Source: an uncultured delta proteobacterium (GTDB lineage Bacteria > Myxococcota_A > UBA9160 > SZUA-336). From it: a stretch of DNA of 64,000 bases. Both the position numbers and the translations under genes were made by a program. Shown here piece by piece: positions 19,803-28,949 of the stretch. Each line of letters opens with the position of its first letter. Positions within the stretch are counted from its first letter, which is position 1. The DNA lies in NCBI GenBank assembly GCA_963704165.1, contig CAVPHD010000008.1, positions 1 through 64,000 of the forward strand, in the 5' to 3' direction. The notes beneath the pieces are model-generated. The model had not been told where the DNA came from, did no database searches, and saw only the letters and a list, made by a program, of their open reading frames with translations.

Positions 19803-20483
19803 TTGAGTCCCCGTCTTCTCAAGATCTGGGCGGTGACCGCGTCGGCGGCCGCGCTCGTCCTGCTCGGCGTCGTGGTTGGCCGATCGAGCGTCGGTGGATC
19901 CGGCGGCGCCGTGCCGATCGCCAGGCCGGATGCGCCCGTGCGCGGATCGACGGAAGCCGAGGCCGCTCTGGGCCCGAACTTCTCCATCCCCACGTCGTTC
20001 ACGGGCCTCGCGACCGAATGGCGGACCGAGACGGGCGGCACGGCCGATGCCGGCTACGCAATTCTCTTCGAGCCGCAGAGTCGTCGGATGATCGTCGATC
20101 GCTGTCTCCACCGTGGGTACTTCGACCTCGCCGCGAACCGACCGGTCGAGCCTGGCGAGTTCTGCAAGACGGTGCTGTCCGGGAGCCTCTCCTCGCTCGA
20201 GGAGAAGGAAGCCAAGGTCACGACACGGGACGGCGCGTCGGTCGATGCGTCTCTCGCGCTCGTCGAGGACAGCGGCGTGAAGCGGCTTCGCATCGCGTTC
20301 GGGGACCACGAGATGCTTCTGGTTCCCGGGAGCAAGAACGATCTCTTCCAGGAGATCGAGCGGACGCCTCGAATCGAGGAGCAGAAGCGCCGCCAGTTCG
20401 AGTACGCGGAGGCGGAGTACCAGAAGCAGCGTCGCGCGCAGCAGGCGCGCGCGGAGGCGAACGATGAACTCCCGAAGGACTGA
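19803..20483 (+). CDS. Hypothetical membrane-anchored protein
   Basis: N-terminal hydrophobic segment, two Cys, charged helical C-terminus; co-oriented with neighbours. Confidence 0.65.
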   Translation: MSPRLLKIWAVTASAAALVLLGVVVGRSSVGGSGGAVPIARPDAPVRGSTEAEAALGPNFSIPTSFTGLATEWRTETGGTADAGYAILFEPQSRRMIVDRCLHRGYFDLAANRPVEPGEFCKTVLSGSLSSLEEKEAKVTTRDGASVDASLALVEDSGVKRLRIAFGDHEMLLVPGSKNDLFQEIERTPRIEEQKRRQFEYAEAEYQKQRRAQQARAEANDELPKD

Positions 20484-21099
20484 AGCGATGTGGCTCGTGC
20501 GGGCGGTTCTCCTCGCGAGTCTCCTGGCGGGACCGGCCGTCGCCGGCGACAAGACCAGCGCCTCGTTCGTTCTCCGCGGCGCGCACTTCAACGCGGGCGG
20601 AAACGGCGCGCTCTACTCGACCGCGCCCGTGCCGGGCTTCGGCGTCGTCGGCGCGACGGTCGGCCAGTCCCACCCGATCACGCCCGCGGGGTCCGCCACG
20701 ACGCTTCGAACGGCGTGGCCCGGCTTCTGGCCGCTCTTCGCGGGGGAGCTCCCGACGCTCGATCTCGATGCCGACGCCCGCCCCACCTTCCTCGACAACT
20801 GCCCGTGGTGGGCCAACGCGGCCCAGACGCCGAGCTTCGAAGATCCGGCGATCGGCCTCGCCTGTCTCTGCGGCGACGTGGATGACGACGGTTGGGTGAC
20901 CGGAACAGATGAGGCCGCCTATCGGGATGGTCTCGCGGTTCCGCTCGGCACCGCGATCGTCGCGCCCGAGAAGTGCTCGGTGATCGGAGACCCGCGACCG
21001 TGCGACGTGCTCGACCGGGCCGTCGTCTCGCGCGCACTTCTCGGCAGCGAACCGGGCATCGACCAGCGCTGCGAGGCGGCGCTTCCACCGCTTCCCTGA
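20464..21099 (+). CDS. Secreted protein with GG...G.TVGQ...GFW domain and TSP3/dockerin-like C-terminus
   Basis: Signal peptide AVA|GD; NAGG...VGATVGQ...WPGFW; DLDAD...DNCP..AN..Q...CLCGDVDDDG. Confidence 0.7.
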   Translation: MNSRRTEAMWLVRAVLLASLLAGPAVAGDKTSASFVLRGAHFNAGGNGALYSTAPVPGFGVVGATVGQSHPITPAGSATTLRTAWPGFWPLFAGELPTLDLDADARPTFLDNCPWWANAAQTPSFEDPAIGLACLCGDVDDDGWVTGTDEAAYRDGLAVPLGTAIVAPEKCSVIGDPRPCDVLDRAVVSRALLGSEPGIDQRCEAALPPLP

Positions 21100-21105
21100 C
21101 GCCCG

Positions 21106-21660
21106 TCACTCCTCCGCGTCGATGACCTCGTCGACGCACGCGATCAACGCGGCGTCCTGCTTGCCCTTGCACCCGGGCGCGATGCCGTTCTCGACCATCT
21201 GCTGATACATCTGCAGCTCGATCGGATCGATCTCCGTGTCACCCGCAGCCTGGCCGTCGCCGTCGTCGCCGTCATCATCACCGAGATCCACTCCGCTCGG
21301 CAGCGTCACACCCATGCCCTTCAGCATCTCGTCCTGCTTCTTCATCGCGGCATCGATCTCGCGCTCGCGTGCCTTCTCGGCGGCCTCTTCGCGCTTCTCG
21401 GCTTCGGCCCGCCGCGCATCGTCGCGTTCGCCGATCTCCTTCTGCAGTCGCGCTTCGGCTTCGCGCTGCTTCTGATCGACTTGGTTCTTGCGGCACTCGG
21501 CTTCACGCCGGCTCTTCTCGGCGTACTGATCGGCGGTCGGTTTGGATCCGTCGGTGTTGATGAGCACCCATTCGTAGTTGCACGACGGCTCCGCAGCGCG
21601 CGCACCGTCGGATCCGAAGAGCATGGCGATCAGAACGGTTCCCAATACGAGCAGCTTCAT
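21106..21660 (-). CDS. Hypothetical secreted coiled-coil/acidic protein
   Basis: MKLLVLGTVLIAMLF...ARA|AE signal, E/R/K-rich helix, DDDGDDGDG, four Cys. Confidence 0.7.
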   Translation of the reverse strand: MKLLVLGTVLIAMLFGSDGARAAEPSCNYEWVLINTDGSKPTADQYAEKSRREAECRKNQVDQKQREAEARLQKEIGERDDARRAEAEKREEAAEKAREREIDAAMKKQDEMLKGMGVTLPSGVDLGDDDGDDGDGQAAGDTEIDPIELQMYQQMVENGIAPGCKGKQDAALIACVDEVIDAEE

Positions 21661-21693
21661 CTCGTTCCCCCATCGCATTTCGGACAATTCCAG

Positions 21694-22620
21694 TCACTTC
21701 ACGAAGTCGAGCGTGTGCTCGGCGATTCGTCGGATCTCGGGAGTCAGGTTCGTGGTGAGCAGACGCTCGAGGTAGGGCACCGAGCTCTCGTCGCCGATGA
21801 CGACCAGGCCCGCGAGCGCCGCACGCACGACTTCGGGCGAAGGATCGCTCAATGCCGCGTGCAGGGCGGCGAGCGCCGCGGTCGAATCGTCGTCGTCGAC
21901 GATTCGGTTCAAGGCGAGTGCGCGCGTCGCGGGGTCGGGGTCGTTGGCCGCAATCCTGTAGACGAGGTCGTGCCCGGGCCCGCCGACGTAGACGGCCTCG
22001 AGGCCCAGAATTCGAACCTCTGGCGAGGAGCTCGTGAGCTGCTCGACCGCGAGCGCATCGCGCGTCTCTTCTTCCACCCGCTCCCGTTCGCGTTCCTCGG
22101 GCGTTCGCGTGTCGACGGGGCGCCGGAAGCGGCCGAGCTCGATGAACTTGCCGTCGCTCGAGAGGGTTGGGTGTCGAGCGCTGCCGGACGCGGCGTCTCC
22201 CACGACGATGCGCGAGAGCACGTCCGCTCCGCGCGCCTCGTCGCGTCGGTATTCGCCGTGATACTCGACGCCCGAGAGAAGCTCGGCCAGGGCCACCTCG
22301 AGCGTCACGTCTTCGAGCTTCACGGTGATCCTCAGCGGGGGCAGGGCGCGCGCATCGAGCTCGAAGCCGGCCTTCTGTGCGAGCCGGCGCAGAAGACTTT
22401 CGCGTTTCGCATCGCGCGCGACGATCGAGACCCGACCGTTGGCAACGGTGATGCGCGGGCGGTTCCGGACGCGCTCGCGCAGCGCGGCGCCGAGGTCGGT
22501 CGCAGTCTCGTCCTTCGTCGCTACGGGAGCGTCGGCGTCGCGCCGCTCGCTGCACGCCATGGGCGCCGCGAAGAGCAACAGGACGGCAAACCAGACCATT
22601 CTCCGCTGGACTCGCTCCAT
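21694..22620 (-). CDS. HEAT-repeat lipoprotein with STN-like N-terminal domain
   Basis: Lipobox APMAC; VSIVARDAKRESLLRRLAQKAGF...ITVKLEDVTLEVALAELL; LSDPSPEVVRAALAGL HEAT repeats. Confidence 0.7.
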   Translation of the reverse strand: MERVQRRMVWFAVLLLFAAPMACSERRDADAPVATKDETATDLGAALRERVRNRPRITVANGRVSIVARDAKRESLLRRLAQKAGFELDARALPPLRITVKLEDVTLEVALAELLSGVEYHGEYRRDEARGADVLSRIVVGDAASGSARHPTLSSDGKFIELGRFRRPVDTRTPEERERERVEEETRDALAVEQLTSSSPEVRILGLEAVYVGGPGHDLVYRIAANDPDPATRALALNRIVDDDDSTAALAALHAALSDPSPEVVRAALAGLVVIGDESSVPYLERLLTTNLTPEIRRIAEHTLDFVK

Positions 22621-22646
22621 CTCCGCTTCCTCTCCCGCTCCGACGC

Positions 22647-24032
22647 TCAGAACTGAAAGTAGATGAAGGGCCGGCCCGTCGCCGCGAAGACCGCGATTGC
22701 CAGCACGGTGCCCGAAACCAACGCGATCCGCCCCGGCCAGCCGAGACGCTCGAGGAGATCCTCTTTGTAGTTCCAGAAGCAGATCGCGTGAATTCCCGCG
22801 AGGACCGCGATGAACAGCGCCCACTCCCAGGGAACACCGCGACCCGATGCAAAGCTGAAGACCTTTCCGACCATCAGCCACGCCTGCTCGGCGCTCGCCA
22901 CCCGGAAGAGCATCGCGGAGAAGACCAGGAGGAAGACGTTGATCAGCCAGCCGACGAAGAGCTTGCCGCGGAAGGCGGGCAGCGCGAATCGCTTGCGGCG
23001 CATCGTCACCGAGTAGACGGCGAGGATCAGTCCGTTGTACGCGCCCCAGAGCACGAAGTTCCAGGCGGCTCCGTGCCAGAGCCCGAGCAGAGTCCACGTG
23101 ACGATGATGTTGAACGCGAAGCGCGCGTCGCCGACGCGCGAGCCACCGAGCGGCTTGTAGACGTAGTCGGTGAACCAGTTCCCCATCGTGATGTGCCACG
23201 AGCGACGGTAGAGGATCGGATTGTGGCGAAGCTGTGGGTAGTCGAAATTCAGCGGCAGGTGGAAGCCCAGCACCGACGCGAGCCCGCGCGCCATCGTCGA
23301 GTAACCGGAGAAATCGCAGTAGATCTGCACCCAGAACGCGAAGCTCGCCAGCAAGACGGCTGCTCCGGAGTAGCCCTGCGGATTCTCGAAGACCCGGTCG
23401 GCGAGCAACGCCAGATTGTCGGCGACGACGACCTTCTTGAAGAGCCCGAGCAGGAAGAGCTCGACGCCGCGCAGGACTTCGCGCTCGGTGACCGGCTCCG
23501 TGCGCAGGAGCTGCGGCATGAACTCCGCGGCGCGCAGGATCGGCCCTGCGATCAGCTGCGGGAAGAACGTCACGTAGAGCGCGAAGTCGAGGAAGCTCTT
23601 GCAGGGTTCGCCCTGGCCCCGGTACATGTCGATCGAGTACGACATCGACTGAAACGTGTAGAAGGAGATGCCGAGTGGGATGACGACGTCGAGGTAGAAC
23701 GGCTCGGGGTCGATGCCCGACACGAACGCGACGTTGTCGAGGAAGAAGTTCCCGTACTTGAAATAGACGAGGACCCCGAGGTTTCCGACGACGCTGGCCG
23801 CGAGCCACGCGCGCCGCGCGCCGAGCGAGCTCGCACGCGCGATGCGCTTGCCCGTCTCGAAATCGAGCAGCGTCGAGTAGAGCAGCAGCAGGACGAAGGG
23901 CGGGTTCCAGGTCGCGTAGAAGAAGTAGCTCGCGGCGAGCAGCAGGACGTGTCGCGCGCGGCCGCGCAGAAGCGGCGCGAGGGCCAGCACGAGCGCGATG
24001 AAGACCACGAACTCGTAACTGTTGAACCGCAC
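22647..24032 (-). CDS. MBOAT family O-acyltransferase (AlgI/DltB-like)
   Basis: PLGISFYTFQSMSY.ID, FFPQLIAGPI, QIYCDFSGYS, WHI, GLWHGAAWNF, FIYFQF. Confidence 0.93.
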   Translation of the reverse strand: MRFNSYEFVVFIALVLALAPLLRGRARHVLLLAASYFFYATWNPPFVLLLLYSTLLDFETGKRIARASSLGARRAWLAASVVGNLGVLVYFKYGNFFLDNVAFVSGIDPEPFYLDVVIPLGISFYTFQSMSYSIDMYRGQGEPCKSFLDFALYVTFFPQLIAGPILRAAEFMPQLLRTEPVTEREVLRGVELFLLGLFKKVVVADNLALLADRVFENPQGYSGAAVLLASFAFWVQIYCDFSGYSTMARGLASVLGFHLPLNFDYPQLRHNPILYRRSWHITMGNWFTDYVYKPLGGSRVGDARFAFNIIVTWTLLGLWHGAAWNFVLWGAYNGLILAVYSVTMRRKRFALPAFRGKLFVGWLINVFLLVFSAMLFRVASAEQAWLMVGKVFSFASGRGVPWEWALFIAVLAGIHAICFWNYKEDLLERLGWPGRIALVSGTVLAIAVFAATGRPFIYFQF

Positions 24033-24041
24033 CCCGAGGGC

Positions 24042-25115
24042 CTACGGACTCTCGGCGAGGCGCGGGCCGATGGTATCGGCGACGGCCGCGGTGAGCCGAT
24101 CGCGCCCGCGTTCGTTCAGGTGCACCCAATCGTCGAAATGATCTTCGTCGAAATCCGGGAGCTGGTCCGCTCCGATCAGATCGAAGTCCTCCGCGAGCGC
24201 GAGCGCGCGCAGCGCTTCCCGGTACGGGGGAATCCGGCGGCGCGCACCGAGCAGGAGCGGGATGGGATGCACGGGGGCATCGATCACGATCAGCCGTCCG
24301 CCACGTTCACGCAGCTTCCGGGCCAGGCGAGCGAGCGCGCGCGAGTTGGCGTTGGGATAGTCGTCGGCAACGCGGTCGCGCAGCCATGCTTCCCACGCCT
24401 CGTCGCCACCGCCGCGGACGAGCTCCTCCAGCTTTGCGCGATCTCGCTCGAACTCGAGCTGCCGCCATTCGACCCGTCCCAGACGCACGAGCGCGACCTG
24501 GCGCAGCGCGCGGCGATGGCGCGCGAAGATGCTCAGCTCGCCGACGAGACCGTCGAGGTGGAAACTCGGGTCGGCGAGAACTTCCGCGGCGCTGAAGAGC
24601 TCTGGAACGGCGCGCACGTCGTACGCGTGGACGCGCCCGAGATCGGTCCGCGTGCGAAGCGCCGGCGCGGAGGCCACGAAGATCGCTGCGCGCGGCTCGA
24701 GATCCGCCACCGCGTCGGCCAGCATGCCGTAGGTCAGCGCGGGCGAGCCGCCGAGCGTCGCCTTCGGAAATCGCAGCGCCTGCGCCGCGAAGCGCTGCTC
24801 GAGCATTGCGGAATCGAGTCCGCGGTCCGCGATGCTGTTGCCGAGGATCGGGACGCTGCGCCGATCCCGAGGCGTCGCGCGGAGCACCGCCTCGACGCGA
24901 TAGGGATCGACCACGAGCGGGGGAGCTTCACGCGCAACCCAGGCCCAGTGGGCCGGCCAGAGCACGAGCGCGCGGTCCGCGGCGAAGAGCAGCGCGAGCG
25001 GTCCAATGACCAGGAGCAGCGCGAGGCGCAGCCCCGCCCGTCGACTCCCCGCGCCGTCCGCACCGATCGGTCCACCCGTCACCACAGCTCCGGCACGCGC
25101 GTCGACACGCTTCAC
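24042..25115 (-). CDS. SGNH-like partner of the MBOAT (AlgJ/DltD-like)
   Basis: TM anchor, ILGNSI and FDDWVHLNERG (GxS and DxxH-type motifs); start uncertain. Confidence 0.65.
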   Translation of the reverse strand: MKRVDARAGAVVTGGPIGADGAGSRRAGLRLALLLVIGPLALLFAADRALVLWPAHWAWVAREAPPLVVDPYRVEAVLRATPRDRRSVPILGNSIADRGLDSAMLEQRFAAQALRFPKATLGGSPALTYGMLADAVADLEPRAAIFVASAPALRTRTDLGRVHAYDVRAVPELFSAAEVLADPSFHLDGLVGELSIFARHRRALRQVALVRLGRVEWRQLEFERDRAKLEELVRGGGDEAWEAWLRDRVADDYPNANSRALARLARKLRERGGRLIVIDAPVHPIPLLLGARRRIPPYREALRALALAEDFDLIGADQLPDFDEDHFDDWVHLNERGRDRLTAAVADTIGPRLAESP

Positions 25116-25238
25116 TCGTTGGCGCGAGTCACACGGTCGCCTCGAAACACGACGACCCGACCCACGGGCTCTGGAGCCGGGATCGGGCCGTCACCTGACA
25201 TCGCTCGTTTGCGGCGCGCGCGCCGCAGAGCCGGTCAG

Positions 25239-25685
25239 CTATTCCTCGTTCAAGCAGAAGTCGAGGCAGTCATCCCGCGCGATACCACAATCATCTTTGG
25301 CATCGCTCGAGTCCTCGCTGAGGAACGAGTTGAACGCTCCCTGATCCGCACGGTCCTCGTTCTGACAGTCTCGTCGGTCTTGAGGATCTTCGATGTCGTT
25401 GCAGTTGTGCGTGTCGGCCTTGATCAGGGTGGTGACGGATTCCTTCATGCATCGGGTCGAGGCGCTTGCAACGCCCTTGCAGCCCCGGAACAGCGCCCGG
25501 CACTGGTTCTGGCAGTTCCGGACATTGGGTGAGAAATCTCCGCCTTCGGCGGCGTCCGTGAAGATCTCGACGGAGTACGTAGGAATCCAGCACCCGTAGC
25601 TGCTCGCGGATGCCGTGGACGATGCCACGAGTACGGCCGCAGCGGCGCAGATCCCAACCAGTCCGAGCAGTGTGCTCTTGAACAT
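25239..25685 (-). CDS. Secreted cysteine-rich hypothetical protein
   Basis: RBS GGAGG, signal peptide ...ASA|SS, 10 Cys in the mature part. Confidence 0.7.
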   Translation of the reverse strand: MFKSTLLGLVGICAAAAVLVASSTASASSYGCWIPTYSVEIFTDAAEGGDFSPNVRNCQNQCRALFRGCKGVASASTRCMKESVTTLIKADTHNCNDIEDPQDRRDCQNEDRADQGAFNSFLSEDSSDAKDDCGIARDDCLDFCLNEE

Positions 25686-25834
25686 CCGAGAACCTCCCTC
25701 TACGCGAAACCCATGAGCCGCCCGCGCGAACACCATCGGCGCGGCAGATTCACGGACGAATCTAACCCGGTGCGATTCTCTCAGATCTGCCATGGCCTTA
25801 CCAGCCCTGTTTCGGTATCGCCCATCCGGAGACC

Positions 25835-27472
25835 ATGGAGGACAGCGCGATGCACAGACAGACTGCCCGGCGACGCACCCGAGTCCGCGGGGCGTGGCTC
25901 GTCGCGTTCGCATTCGTCTGTCTCGGCACGGCGACCGTTTCGCGATCCGAAGTCACCGAGCCCACGACGCCGCAGGCCGCGCTGCGTCTGTACCTGGAGG
26001 CGGCGCGCGCGGGGGACTACACGAGCGCGGCGCGGCACCTCGATCTCCGCGGACTTCCGCCTTCGCTTCGCGACGATCCTCCCCGCCTCGCGCGCCAGCT
26101 CAAGGTCGTGCTCGATCGAACGCTCTGGGTGGACCTCGAGTCCCTCTCGAACGAGCCCGACGGTGCCCGAGACGACGGACTCCCGCCAAGCCAGGATCTG
26201 GTAGGCACGATCGCTCTCGGCGAGCGCGAAACGCCGGTTCTGGTCTCGCGCTCCGGACCACCCGAAGGGGCGCGGGTGTGGCGGATCTCCACCAAGACCC
26301 TCGCGCAGGTTCCGGAGCTGTACGGATCGCTCGGCGCGACCTGGATCGAAGAGCAGTTGCCCGAGTCGATGACGCGCGTTCGCGTGCTCGAGCTCGAGCT
26401 CTGGCAGTGGCTCGGGCTGCTTGCGCTCGCGCTGATCTCGGGCGCGGCCGCTTTCGCTGCGGTCTCCGTCGGGCTGATGGTGGCGCGAGTCGCCTCGCGG
26501 CGGCGCGGCGTTCCGCTCGACGATCGGGTCGCAGAGATCGCGCGCGGGCCGCTGCGTGCGTTCGTCGCGGTCCTGGTCTTCGCGGCGGGGCAATCCGCAT
26601 TCGGCCTGCCCGTTCCGGTGTCGCGGTTGCTTCGCGGCACGGAGCAGGTGGCGCTGCTCATGATTGCGACCTGGCTGCTGACGCGCAGCGTCGACGTCGC
26701 CGCTTCGAACATCGGCTCGCGCATGGCCTCGGAGGGCCGCTCGGGCGCCGTCTCGATCGTTTCGCTCGGCTCGCGCGTGGCAAGACTGGTTCTCTGGGCG
26801 CTCGCCGCGGTGGCCTTGATACAGAACCTCGGCTTCGACGTGACGGCGCTCTTCGCCGGCATCGGGCTCGGCGGACTCGCACTCGCGCTCGCGGCGCAGA
26901 AGACGGTCGAGAACCTCTTCGGCGGACTCACGCTGCTCGTCGACCAGCCGGTGCGCGTCGGCGACTTCTGCCGTTTCGGTGGGCGCGTCGGCACGGTCGA
27001 GGAAGTGGGCCTGCGCTCGACGCGCGTGCGCACGCTCGACCGCACCCTCGTGACCATCCCCAACGGGGAGTTCGCGGCGCTTCAGCTCGAGAACTTCACG
27101 CACCGCGATCGCATCTGGCTGCAGGCCACGCTCGGCCTGCGTTACGAGACCACGCCCGATCAGCTGCGCTGCGTGCTCGAGGATCTGCGCGAGCTCCTGC
27201 GCTCGGACTCGAGCATCGATCGCGACTCCGCGCGCGTGCGCTTCGTCGGGTTTGGCGCCTATTCGCTCGACCTCGAGGTCTTCGCCTACGTCCGTGTCAC
27301 CGACTTCGCCGAGTTCCTGCGCATCCGCGAAGAGATCTACCTGAAGATGATGGACGTGATCGCCGGCGCGGGCAGCGGATTCGCATTCCCGTCTCAGACG
27401 ATCTACGGCGCCCCCGACACGGGGATCGATGCCGAGCGTGCGCGCGCGGCAGAGGCCCGCGTCCGCGATTGA
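25835..27472 (+). CDS. mscS: Mechanosensitive channel MscS family (large, with periplasmic N-domain)
   Basis: AGIGLGGLALALAAQKTVENLFGG, DQPVRVGDFC, GTVEEVGLRSTRVRTLDRTLVTIPN, FAFPSQT. Confidence 0.92.
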   Translation: MEDSAMHRQTARRRTRVRGAWLVAFAFVCLGTATVSRSEVTEPTTPQAALRLYLEAARAGDYTSAARHLDLRGLPPSLRDDPPRLARQLKVVLDRTLWVDLESLSNEPDGARDDGLPPSQDLVGTIALGERETPVLVSRSGPPEGARVWRISTKTLAQVPELYGSLGATWIEEQLPESMTRVRVLELELWQWLGLLALALISGAAAFAAVSVGLMVARVASRRRGVPLDDRVAEIARGPLRAFVAVLVFAAGQSAFGLPVPVSRLLRGTEQVALLMIATWLLTRSVDVAASNIGSRMASEGRSGAVSIVSLGSRVARLVLWALAAVALIQNLGFDVTALFAGIGLGGLALALAAQKTVENLFGGLTLLVDQPVRVGDFCRFGGRVGTVEEVGLRSTRVRTLDRTLVTIPNGEFAALQLENFTHRDRIWLQATLGLRYETTPDQLRCVLEDLRELLRSDSSIDRDSARVRFVGFGAYSLDLEVFAYVRVTDFAEFLRIREEIYLKMMDVIAGAGSGFAFPSQTIYGAPDTGIDAERARAAEARVRD

Positions 27473-27515
27473 GCTGCATCCGTGGAGAGCGCGAGTGCCG
27501 GCGTGACGCCGGCTC

Positions 27516-28823
27516 TCAGAAGCGAAAATCCAGACGGGACTGCAGCACGCGAGACGTTCCCTCGTTCGCGTTCTCGCGCGTTCGCGAAACGACGTAGCCC
27601 ACCTCGACGCGCACCCAGGCGTTCAGCGTCCAGACGACGCCGACGTTCAGGCTGCGGAGAACGCCGCCCGCCACGTCGCCGTCGTCGAGGTCGAGCCAGG
27701 AATAGCGCGCCGCGATCTCGACCGCGCCGGGCTGCGCGAGCGAGAACTCGAATTGGTTTTCCGGCACGATCCGCTCGAAGATGGACTGCGTCGTGTCGTA
27801 GGGCCGCGTCTCGCCCGTGATCACGTACGCGATCTGAAGGTAGGCGCCGGCGAGCCGAACCGACGCGTCCCCGTCCCGGCTCACGCCCGAGCGCAGGATC
27901 TCTCCCTGGACCGTCAGCGGTCCCTCGCGCCAGGCCGCTTCCAATCCGAGCAGGTTCGCGTCGCCTTCGAGGTCGCCGGTGTCGACGAGGTAGGGCATGA
28001 GGTAGCTCTCGGGGCGCGCTCGATAGCGGATCTCTCCGACGCCCGAGAACGTGTAGCTCCAGCTCGCCCCGAGGTGAAGCAGACGGTTCGCGGCCGTGCC
28101 GTCATCTCCGAACGGACGCCAGGCGACGCGCGCGCTTCCACGCAGCGGCGAGTCGGACGAGTCCGCAAAGCTCTGCGACTGCCCCACCGACGAGACGTTC
28201 AGTGCCCACGTCACCGCGGCGTCGGAGAAGAGTCCGTCGAGCTGAACACCCAATCGGCTGCCGGGGGCGAACGCGCCGACGGGTGAGCCCACTTCCATCA
28301 GGCTGCGATCGGAGCTGCCGGCGAGCGCTTCGAGGCTCACGGGCGGATCGAAGTAGCCGACCCGCAGCCGATTGAACCCGCGGTCGAAGCGCCACTGCAC
28401 GTAGAAGTCGTTCAGGTAGAAGTCGCCGCTCTCGAAGCCGAACGCGACCTTGTACTCGGTGTTCACGCCGTAGTGCAGCGTGCCTCGGGTCTCGATCCGC
28501 GCGCGACGAACTTTCCCCGTCCAGCCCCGACTCGAGATGTCTCCGCGGCGCAGTCCACCGTCGAGGAACACGCTGCCACCGATGCGTCCGTCGATCTCGA
28601 ACCTGCGCAGCTCGGGCAAGGGCAGACCCTGCAGCGACTCCGGAATTCGCCGCGCGACGTGGTAGGTCGGGCCCGCGTCCCATCCGAGCTCGAAGTCGAA
28701 CTGGCTCGGTGGTGGCGATTCGTCTGGGGTCGTCTCGGCCGTTCCCGGCGGTGCGACGCCGATCAGCCACGCCGCGAGAATCCACGGCCGCGCTCGTGCG
28801 AAGGGCGATATCACGGTCTCCAA
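27516..28823 (-). CDS. OprO/OprP-like phosphate-selective porin
   Basis: VRRARIE, LRVGYFDPPVSLE, LHLGASWS, YRARPE, AYVITGETRPY, EIAARYS.LDL, C-terminal F. Confidence 0.8.
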   Translation of the reverse strand: METVISPFARARPWILAAWLIGVAPPGTAETTPDESPPPSQFDFELGWDAGPTYHVARRIPESLQGLPLPELRRFEIDGRIGGSVFLDGGLRRGDISSRGWTGKVRRARIETRGTLHYGVNTEYKVAFGFESGDFYLNDFYVQWRFDRGFNRLRVGYFDPPVSLEALAGSSDRSLMEVGSPVGAFAPGSRLGVQLDGLFSDAAVTWALNVSSVGQSQSFADSSDSPLRGSARVAWRPFGDDGTAANRLLHLGASWSYTFSGVGEIRYRARPESYLMPYLVDTGDLEGDANLLGLEAAWREGPLTVQGEILRSGVSRDGDASVRLAGAYLQIAYVITGETRPYDTTQSIFERIVPENQFEFSLAQPGAVEIAARYSWLDLDDGDVAGGVLRSLNVGVVWTLNAWVRVEVGYVVSRTRENANEGTSRVLQSRLDFRF

Positions 28824-28949
28824 TCCAGGCCTGCCGGGCGCGGCGCCCGGATTCCCCCATTGGCAGAGCGGGCCGCCGGCCTGAGATAATCATCCGCAAC
28901 GTACCAGCGACGCCGCCTTCGAGGTCGATCGGGCGCACAGGAGAGCACC

